Virus record (IMG/VR): IMGVR_UViG_3300027741_002766
Coordinates: 44,738 to 108,737 of that record
DNA length: 64,000 nt
Strand: one strand, 5' to 3'
DNA from: a virus
This document shows, piece by piece, positions 30,286-37,360 of this stretch. Within the stretch, counting starts at the first letter, position 1. The number at the start of each line of letters is the position of its first letter. The notes below the pieces were generated by a model. That model did not search any database and was not told the origin of the DNA. It saw only the letters and a program-made list of their open reading frames with translations. A program made the position numbers and the translations under genes.

Positions 30286-32045
30286 TCCAAATTAAAAATT
30301 TAACTGTTCGAAACTTCATGAGTGTGGGTGCGGCCACGCAAGGCATTGACTTTGACCGTAGTGACCTTACACTTGTGCTGGGCGAGAACTTGGACCTGGG
30401 CGGTGATGGCTCACGCAACGGCACAGGCAAGACCACAATCATCAATGCACTAAGTTATGCCTTGTATGGTCAAGCACTTTCAAACATTCGCAAGGACAAT
30501 CTAGTAAACAAGACCAATGGCAAGAACATGTTGGTCAGTTTGGACTTTAGTGTCAACAGCCAAGAGTACAGAATTGAGCGTGGACGAAAGCCAAATGTAT
30601 TGCGTTTCTACGTCAACAACGAACACAAGGCAGCCGAAGACGAAGCACAAGGTGACTCAAGAGAAACACAGGATGCCATAGAACGTGTGATGAACATGAG
30701 TCATGACATGTTCAAACATGTGCTGGCGCTGAACACTTATACTGAACCGTTTCTAAGTTTAAAAGCCAATGATCAAAGAACTATCATTGAACAGTTGTTG
30801 GGTATTACACTATTGAGTGAACGTGCTGATGCAATCAAAGAACTTAACAGACAGACCAAAGATGCTATACAGGTAGAAGAGTTTCGCATTCGTGCTGTGC
30901 AAGAGGCCAACAAGCGCATCGAAGAACAGATTGAAAGTCTGCGTAAGCGTCAACGTCTTTGGATTACCAAACGTGATGAAGATGTGGGCAAACTAGGACA
31001 GGCTATTCAAGATCTCGAACATATAGACATTGATGCCGAAGTACAGGCACATAGAGATCTAGAAGCATTCCATGTCAAGAAGAAAGCCATAGACGATGCC
31101 ACGCGATACATTCGTCAGATTGATGCAGATGATGCCAAACTTACCAAACTGTTAGACAAACTCAAACGAGAAATTGAAGCACTGGATGCTCACAAGTGTC
31201 ACAGTTGCGGGCAAGACCTACATGATGACAAACAAGATGAGTTGAAGCAGGCCAAACAAGCCTTGGTACAAGAAACTGCATTACAACTCCTGGCCAACGA
31301 TACTCAACGAATTGAGCATACTGATACCTTGGAAAAACTAGGTGAACTAGGCTCTGCTCCTACTGTGTTTTATGATACATTAGAACAGGCGTTGAATCAT
31401 CGCAATACTGTAGAAACCTTACGCAAGGATTTGACCACAAGGCAAGCAGATGTGGATCCCTACGAAGAACAAATCACAGACATGCAAGGACAAGCATTAC
31501 AAACAGTATCATATGATACCTTGAACGAACTCACTAGAGTGCAGGATCATCAAGACTTCCTACTCAAACTGCTGACGTCAAAAGATTCGTTCGTACGCAA
31601 AAAGATTATTGATCAGAATTTGAGTTATTTGAACGCAAGACTCACACACTATCTGGATCGTATTGGATTGCCACACACAGTGAAGTTCCAGAACGATCTC
31701 ACAGTGAGCATCGAAGAACTGGGCCGTGAACTGGACTTTGACAACCTGAGCCGTGGCGAACGCAATCGATTGATACTATCAATGTCATGGGCGTTCCGAG
31801 ATGTTTGGGAAAGTTTATACTCACCAATCAACTTGTTGTTTATTGATGAACTGATCGACAACGGTCTAGACACACAAGGTGTAGAGAATGCTTTGGCTCT
31901 GCTGAAGAAAATGAGTAGAGAGCGTCACAAATCAATTTGGTTAGTATCACATCGTGATGAACTGGCTGGGCGTGTGGAGAACATACTCAAAGTCATAAAA
32001 GAAAACGGATTTACCAGTTACAACACTGACGTAGATCTTGCATAA
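30282..32045 (+). CDS. gp46: Recombination ATPase, Rad50/SbcC-like (T4 gp46)
   Basis: Walker A 'RNGTGKTT', coiled coil with CHSC hook, signature 'LSRGE', Walker B 'LLFIDE', H-loop 'VSH'. Confidence 0.95.
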   Translation: MIQIKNLTVRNFMSVGAATQGIDFDRSDLTLVLGENLDLGGDGSRNGTGKTTIINALSYALYGQALSNIRKDNLVNKTNGKNMLVSLDFSVNSQEYRIERGRKPNVLRFYVNNEHKAAEDEAQGDSRETQDAIERVMNMSHDMFKHVLALNTYTEPFLSLKANDQRTIIEQLLGITLLSERADAIKELNRQTKDAIQVEEFRIRAVQEANKRIEEQIESLRKRQRLWITKRDEDVGKLGQAIQDLEHIDIDAEVQAHRDLEAFHVKKKAIDDATRYIRQIDADDAKLTKLLDKLKREIEALDAHKCHSCGQDLHDDKQDELKQAKQALVQETALQLLANDTQRIEHTDTLEKLGELGSAPTVFYDTLEQALNHRNTVETLRKDLTTRQADVDPYEEQITDMQGQALQTVSYDTLNELTRVQDHQDFLLKLLTSKDSFVRKKIIDQNLSYLNARLTHYLDRIGLPHTVKFQNDLTVSIEELGRELDFDNLSRGERNRLILSMSWAFRDVWESLYSPINLLFIDELIDNGLDTQGVENALALLKKMSRERHKSIWLVSHRDELAGRVENILKVIKENGFTSYNTDVDLA

Positions 32046-32122
32046 TTTCATATTGTAGGCATATTTTTAGATCAATCAATCAAGAGGCATAACTATATCG
32101 CAAGGACAAATCTTACACTTTT

Positions 32123-32551
32123 ATGACATGGCAATATCAAAACACTCCTGTAGAGACGTTGCCCGAAGACTGTGTAGGGTTTGTTTACTTGATCACAAAT
32201 AATCTTTCTGGACGCAAGTACATAGGCAAAAAATTAGCAAAATTCGCAAAAACCACATACAAAACTGTAAAACAAAAAAACGGCACAAAAAAGCGGAAGA
32301 AGATACGCTCTAAAATCGATTCAGATTGGAGAGAGTACTATGGGTCAAGCCCAGAATTGACCGCAGACGTAATCACACTAGGCACCGAAAACTTTACCAG
32401 AGAAATACTTTACTATTGCAAAAGCAAGTCTGAATGCTCGTACATTGAGGCCCGTGAACAATTTGCAAGGCGAGTATTGGAATCACAAGATTATTACAAT
32501 GGCCACATCCAGGTGCGGGTGCATGGCTCACACATAATAAACAAAATTTAA
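32123..32551 (+). CDS. Compact GIY-YIG endonuclease
   Basis: 'GFVYLITNNLSGRKYIGKK', 'YYGSS', conserved Glu (YIEAREQ) and Asn (YYNG); Lys/Arg-rich insert; no NUMOD domains. TAACTA box upstream at 32090-32095. Confidence 0.88.
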   Translation: MTWQYQNTPVETLPEDCVGFVYLITNNLSGRKYIGKKLAKFAKTTYKTVKQKNGTKKRKKIRSKIDSDWREYYGSSPELTADVITLGTENFTREILYYCKSKSECSYIEAREQFARRVLESQDYYNGHIQVRVHGSHIINKI

Positions 32552-32553
32552 CA

Positions 32554-32895
32554 GGCAGCGATCACGACTCTGTGCTGAGTGTTTGGGCTCAGCCCCATTG
32601 AAGAACGGTGAGATACCCGGTCTGGACTTGGGCGTCAAAGGCAAATTGCTAACTTAAGGCAACAAATGGTTTGGGCTCCGTTGAAAAAGATACGACCCAT
32701 GCTTATAGGACTTGGATCTATATCGGGTTACTAGGGTTCCGTTGATATGTGAAGCGTGAGTAGGGGGTACCGGTCAACCGCCTCCGTGTGTGCAAACACA
32801 ATCTCATTAGTATAGATGACTGCTGTCACTCGGATGATGCGCTCTCATTTTCACCGTGCATACGGTGAATTATGACCACGTAATCTGGATGATAC
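32554..32895 (+). ncRNA. Candidate large structured non-coding RNA
   Basis: ORF-free interval with nested stems: GGCAGCG/TGCTGTC long-range, GCTGAG/CTCAGC, ATCTATA/TATAGAT, GGGGG/CCTCC around CGG-TCAA-CCG, TGTGT-GCAA-ACACA, TTCACCGT-GCAT-ACGGTGAA. Family not recognised. Confidence 0.6.
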
Positions 32896-32926
32896 TTAAT
32901 CAGTAACAGTGTTTATGAAACAATCC

Positions 32927-32968
32927 ATTGATGAACGAAGTGAATCAATAGACTTGCGTAGCAAGTCT
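32927..32968 (+). repeat. Two adjacent inverted repeats with C(GNA)G triloops
   Basis: ATTGAT-GA-AC-GAA-GT-GA-ATCAAT and AGACTTGC-GTA-GCAAGTCT. Confidence 0.8.
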
Positions 32969-33508
32969 CTAAAGTAACTGTAACTGTTTCAACTTTGAGA
33001 TATAGTATGGTTGTCCTTGAGCAACTGATTGACGCCAATCATCATGTGCATCTTGATTGGCTTGATCGCTGATGTATTTCCAACACTCAAATTCAACTCC
33101 ATACTTTGCACAGGCTTTGGCAATGGCATAGGCTTCCATATCTACTATGTCTGCTGGTATTTCTAGTTGGGGATTCATCACAAAGTTATCACCGGTACTG
33201 CAAGTCAGTCCAATTGTGTTGCCAATATGTACGTTGGTTTCAAAAGGCGTTTGTCCAGGCACACATCCCAAGGCTTCGCAGATCATGTCACGTTGTACAA
33301 ACTGGGTACACTGATAGAATCCTGGTGCAACAGTGATGCCTCCGGCTGTGCCAAAGTTGATGATGCGTCGGGGACGATACTTGGCTATGACTTCGGCGGT
33401 GACCATGGCAGCATTGACCTTGCCCACACCTGTGTAAAACAAGTTCATCATGTGGCCAAGATCCGGTGCCTCTTCAGGCAAGGCTATTAGAATAACAGTG
33501 TCATACAT
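32969..33508 (-). CDS. mtnN: MTA/SAH nucleosidase (PNP_UDP family)
   Basis: 'ALPEE', 'GVGKVNAA', 'INFGTAGG', 'TGDNFV', 'VDMEAYAIA', 'KYISDQA'. Confidence 0.9.
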   Translation of the reverse strand: MYDTVILIALPEEAPDLGHMMNLFYTGVGKVNAAMVTAEVIAKYRPRRIINFGTAGGITVAPGFYQCTQFVQRDMICEALGCVPGQTPFETNVHIGNTIGLTCSTGDNFVMNPQLEIPADIVDMEAYAIAKACAKYGVEFECWKYISDQANQDAHDDWRQSVAQGQPYYISKLKQLQLL

Positions 33509-34022
33509 AATCTTCTAGTGAGAACAATTGAATCGAGTTTTGCTTTAGCACAGACTCACCTGGCAAGAACTTAAGATTTACAATCACTGCGGCTGACACT
33601 TGTTCAATGCCAAAATCACAGGTTAGCAGTTCGCTCACAGCCTGTATGGTACCGCCAGTGGCCAGGAGATCATCCACCACAAGAGGTTGAGTACCCACAG
33701 GCGCTGATATTTTGATTTCCACTGTGTCTGTACTGTACTCTGTAGCATAGTTTTTTGCATATACTGGTCTTGGCAGTTTGTTGGGTTTACGTGCTAGGAT
33801 CAAGGGCAGATTGGTTTGATATGCCACAGCAGCCGCAAAAGGGAATCCTCTGCTTTCCATGGCCACTAGACTGGTTGCTTTGGTTGTTTGCGCACACTGG
33901 GCTAACCATTCAACACAATGCGCAAAGGCTGCAGGAGTTTCCAGTACAGGAGTTATGTCAAGAAAATCGACTCCTGTTCTGGGCCAGTCAGGAATGGTTG
34001 GAATAATTAGTTTGAGATTCAT
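33501..34022 (-). CDS. apt: Adenine phosphoribosyltransferase
   Basis: 'PDWPRTGVDFLDITP', 'ESRGF', 'ARKPNKLP', 'YATEYS', PRPP loop 'VVDDLLATGGT'. Confidence 0.92.
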   Translation of the reverse strand: MNLKLIIPTIPDWPRTGVDFLDITPVLETPAAFAHCVEWLAQCAQTTKATSLVAMESRGFPFAAAVAYQTNLPLILARKPNKLPRPVYAKNYATEYSTDTVEIKISAPVGTQPLVVDDLLATGGTIQAVSELLTCDFGIEQVSAAVIVNLKFLPGESVLKQNSIQLFSLEDYV

Positions 34023-34028
34023 AATGGT

Positions 34029-34265
34029 TTAAAAGAATGGTAATCCAGATTTCTTGGTTGTCTCTAGATTCTCTTTGATTAGATCGCCCACTATTGTGCG
34101 ATCACTGTGACTCATGGCCATGGCCTGATCAAAAGTTAATCCGCCTCTCATGTACCAACTGAGTTTGACTGCCTCGTTTCTGATCTGATGACATTCTTTG
34201 TCCATGGTCTCGATCAGTTGGTTGATCTGCTCAGGGCTAGAGATCAGGAGGCGTTCTCGAAAAAA
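34029..34265 (-). CDS. gp51-like hub/tail assembly chaperone segment, probably reached by -1 frameshift (alternative start ATG 34205)
   Basis: 'LSWYMRGGLTFDQAMAMSHSDRTIVGDLIKENLE' chaperone-like motif; frame is open from the T TTT TTC heptamer in the upstream gene. Confidence 0.7.
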   Translation of the reverse strand, partial: FFRERLLISSPEQINQLIETMDKECHQIRNEAVKLSWYMRGGLTFDQAMAMSHSDRTIVGDLIKENLETTKKSGLPFF

Positions 34266-35083
34266 CTTGCAAGATCCAGAGTAAACTGTTGCAGGTATTG
34301 GTGGTGGCATTCGGGGCATGCAAGATCCAATGGTTTTACTTCACTTGATTGTTTGAGGGCAATCACATGATCTCGCAACTGATTGAATATTTGACTAGGG
34401 CAGTTGTTGAGGTATTCCATGATAAAATTCTGTTCCGTGACCATGGCATCGGTGCTCTTGATGGCACTGATACTTTGTGCGATAGTGCTCACAGTGAGGT
34501 CGTTGACAATCTTCATGCTCTTTTTCAACTGTTCCATTTTGACAGATTCTTCCACTGAATCGTCATCGAGCAATCGCAATGCCTGTTGTTGCTCAAATTG
34601 AATTTGATTGTTTTGGTTGATTTCGTGATAACTCATAGGACGGAAGTAAAAGTCCAAATTGCCAATGGTCAAACTTTGATCATAGTTGCCGGGCTTGATT
34701 CGATCATTGATCATGCGAAGATCTACCTTGATTTCTTCTTTATGATTGCAACTGGGACAAGTGCTGTCCATGTCCATGCCATGACCAAAACTAGCAATTC
34801 TAATGGCTACAAGAACAGCATCAATGTCTGTACTGGGCATGGCCCAGGCATTACGAATGCCTGGGATACAACTCTGTATCACTGACACAATGGCGGTTCC
34901 GTTAAACAAAGCGTCGGGTGTTCGATAGGTTATTTCGTCTACCGCTGTCATGGGCAACACAGCCAGTTCCTGGTTGGGAGGCATGTTCAAAGCACCTGTA
35001 GGGTAGAATTTGCCGCCTGATGGCAAACGTATATAGATTGCAGGCTGTCTAAAAAATTGGCTGAGTGGGTTTGATTGTTGCAT
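34244..35083 (-). CDS. Baseplate hub assembly protein, T4 gp26-like
   Basis: 'PAIYIRLPSGG', 'PMTAVDE', 'DIDAVLVAIRIASFG', two CxxC motifs (CPSC, CPEC), ends ...ASFFENAS. Confidence 0.85.
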   Translation of the reverse strand: MQQSNPLSQFFRQPAIYIRLPSGGKFYPTGALNMPPNQELAVLPMTAVDEITYRTPDALFNGTAIVSVIQSCIPGIRNAWAMPSTDIDAVLVAIRIASFGHGMDMDSTCPSCNHKEEIKVDLRMINDRIKPGNYDQSLTIGNLDFYFRPMSYHEINQNNQIQFEQQQALRLLDDDSVEESVKMEQLKKSMKIVNDLTVSTIAQSISAIKSTDAMVTEQNFIMEYLNNCPSQIFNQLRDHVIALKQSSEVKPLDLACPECHHQYLQQFTLDLASFFENAS

Positions 35084-35095
35084 ATTTTGCTCCGG

Positions 35096-35101
35096 TAAAT
35101 A
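35096..35101 (+). promoter_or_regulatory. Late promoter TAAATA (leaderless type)
   Basis: GGTAAATA-TAATT-ATG 35107. Confidence 0.6.
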
Positions 35102-35106
35102 TAATT

Positions 35107-37344
35107 ATGGCTACATCACTAACCCCTGAAGAAATCCAAGCCGCATTTGATGCGTACAATGACGAACTGCTGAGAACTGGCAAAGTCACTGCTGAAACAG
35201 CCGAGGCATTTGCGGATGCCAAAGCAGGAGTCAAAAACTACACCTATCAACTGAATCTCAGTCTCAAGCAACTGGGCAATTCCATGCTGGACCTGGGGGA
35301 AGCATTCAAAGATGGTAAACAAGGCGCTTCAGTCTACAACAACAGCATCAAGGCTGGTGCTGATGCAATAGATTCATTTGCTAGTAAATTTGGTATACTG
35401 GGTCGAATCATTGGTGGCCTGATCACAGCCGGTGCCAAGTATGCTGTAGCGGTCAACGAGCAGAGCGACAAACTGTTTGAGAGTTATCAACAACTCAGCA
35501 GAACAGGTGCCGCTGGTGCTTCGGGCATGAAGGGTGTGTTCCAAAGCATGCAGGACTTTGGCTACAACATTGAACAACTGGGTGACTTTGGCAATCTAAT
35601 CAAACAAAATGCAGAGTCCTTGGCTCAGTTTGGTGGCACTGTGGCACAAGGTACTCAGACGTTTGGAGCCGTGGCCAAAGGAATTCAACGTAGCGGATTG
35701 CAAACAGAATTCATGCGCATGGGCATGAAAGTGGATGATATCAATCAAGGCATGGCCGGCTATCTACGTATTACAACTCTTACCGGAACAGCACAACGTA
35801 AATCCAACTCCGAATTAACACAAGGTGCGGCCGAATACATTAGAAACTTAGACACACTGACCAAACTCACAGGCGAAAACGCTGCCACTATTCAGCAAGA
35901 GCGTGAGGCCAGAATGAACGAACAGCGATTTATTGCTGTTCAAACTGAACTAGAAGACAAGGCCATGCAGGCTAGAATGCACGGTGATGAAGCACAGGCC
36001 AAGGCATTTGAAAAACAAATGGACAACAATCAAAGATTGTTGGATATGGCTCCTAAAGAATTGAGATCAGGCTTGATTGGCGCCATGACAGGATTTGTGG
36101 GCTCTAGCAAAGAAGCCGAAGCCTTGTATAGAACCATGCCCCAACTGTTTCAAAAGGTAGCCAGTCAGAGTTTTGAAGCAGGAAAAACGCTAGACATTGG
36201 AGCAAAAGAAGCCTCAGGAGCAATCAGAGGATTTAGAGTACTGGGTAAAGTAGGTGGATTTGACGATACTTTTTCTAGTATGGCTGGATTGAATAAACTC
36301 AAAGTAAAATCACTCAAAGAATCCTATGCTGATCAAGAAAGAATAGCCAACGAACAACAACGAGATCAAGTGGAAAACTTAGACGAGGCTACAGAAGCAC
36401 AAGTGGGCATGCGTCAGGAACAGATGGAAGTTACTCGTGCCATGCAGACCATGATCAACAAGGGCATTGTGCCTGTGACCAAGAGCATGGAAAAACTCAG
36501 TGGTGCTGTGGAAAGTGTGGCCAGCAATACTCCAGGTTCAGGAGCAGAAACAGGCACAGCAGGCAAAGGCCGCGGCGCCGAAGCATCAGGCAGTTGGTGG
36601 TCTAGCATATTTGGTGGTAGCAAAGCAGCCGGAGCACCTGCAGGCAAAACAGCCAATGCTCAAAAGGCCATGGCCTATTTTATTTCGCAAGGCTACACTC
36701 CTGAACAGGCAGCCGGTCTAGTTGGTAATTTGCAGGTAGAGTCAGGTGCTAATCTCAACACCATGGCTGTGGGCGACTCAGGCAAGGCCAAGGGTATTGC
36801 GCAATGGCATCCAGATCGTCAGGCCAACTTTGCCAGATTCTCTGGAAAATCTCTAGAAAAAAGCACACTAGAAGAACAACTAGCATTTATTGCTCACGAA
36901 CTAAAAACCTCCGAGGGTGCGGCTGGTAGCAAACTCAAGGGAGCCAAATCGGCCAGAGAAGCCGCAGCCATCGTTGACAAAATGTATGAACGTAGTTCAG
37001 GAGAGGCAAGAAATCAACGCATGGCCAATGCTGATGCATTACTGGGTGGTATGGGTGCTGTGTCAGGAACTACGGCCACTGGTGCAACTGCACCCAGTGG
37101 ATCATTTGGATCTTTGTATGGTGTACCGCTTGGTGGGCCTAATGATCGATACAAGGCCACAGTAACAGGAGTTGGACCCGATGGCACCAAAACAGGATCA
37201 GCGTCTGCTCAATCTGCGGCAGCGGCGCCTCAAAATGCAAATGATCTGTTGGCTACGCTCATAACCAAAACAGATGAAACGAATGCGCTGATGAAAACCA
37301 ACAACGCCCAAAATCAAAAGTTACTGCAAGTAGCACGTAACTAA
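35107..37344 (+). CDS. Tape-measure-like protein with C-terminal phage tail lysozyme domain
   Basis: Ala/Gln-rich helical body; 'GYTPEQAAGLVGNLQVES...GIAQW...LEEQLAFIAHEL' fits the Phage_lysozyme2-type domain. Start moved from 35065 to ATG 35107. Confidence 0.8.
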   Translation: MATSLTPEEIQAAFDAYNDELLRTGKVTAETAEAFADAKAGVKNYTYQLNLSLKQLGNSMLDLGEAFKDGKQGASVYNNSIKAGADAIDSFASKFGILGRIIGGLITAGAKYAVAVNEQSDKLFESYQQLSRTGAAGASGMKGVFQSMQDFGYNIEQLGDFGNLIKQNAESLAQFGGTVAQGTQTFGAVAKGIQRSGLQTEFMRMGMKVDDINQGMAGYLRITTLTGTAQRKSNSELTQGAAEYIRNLDTLTKLTGENAATIQQEREARMNEQRFIAVQTELEDKAMQARMHGDEAQAKAFEKQMDNNQRLLDMAPKELRSGLIGAMTGFVGSSKEAEALYRTMPQLFQKVASQSFEAGKTLDIGAKEASGAIRGFRVLGKVGGFDDTFSSMAGLNKLKVKSLKESYADQERIANEQQRDQVENLDEATEAQVGMRQEQMEVTRAMQTMINKGIVPVTKSMEKLSGAVESVASNTPGSGAETGTAGKGRGAEASGSWWSSIFGGSKAAGAPAGKTANAQKAMAYFISQGYTPEQAAGLVGNLQVESGANLNTMAVGDSGKAKGIAQWHPDRQANFARFSGKSLEKSTLEEQLAFIAHELKTSEGAAGSKLKGAKSAREAAAIVDKMYERSSGEARNQRMANADALLGGMGAVSGTTATGATAPSGSFGSLYGVPLGGPNDRYKATVTGVGPDGTKTGSASAQSAAAAPQNANDLLATLITKTDETNALMKTNNAQNQKLLQVARN

Positions 37345-37347
37345 CGA

Positions 37348-37353
37348 TAAATA
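37348..37353 (+). promoter_or_regulatory. Late promoter TAAATA (leaderless type)
   Basis: GATAAATA, 7 nt, portal ATG. Confidence 0.6.
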
Positions 37354-37360
37354 ATACACT

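Noticed and set aside
32552-32968. Group I/II intron, tRNA, tmRNA, RNase P or hammerhead identity for the structured region
   Set aside because: No interrupted gene, and I could not find the diagnostic cores (group II domain V, group I R/S, CUGAUGA...GAAA, T-loop). An Rfam search is still needed.
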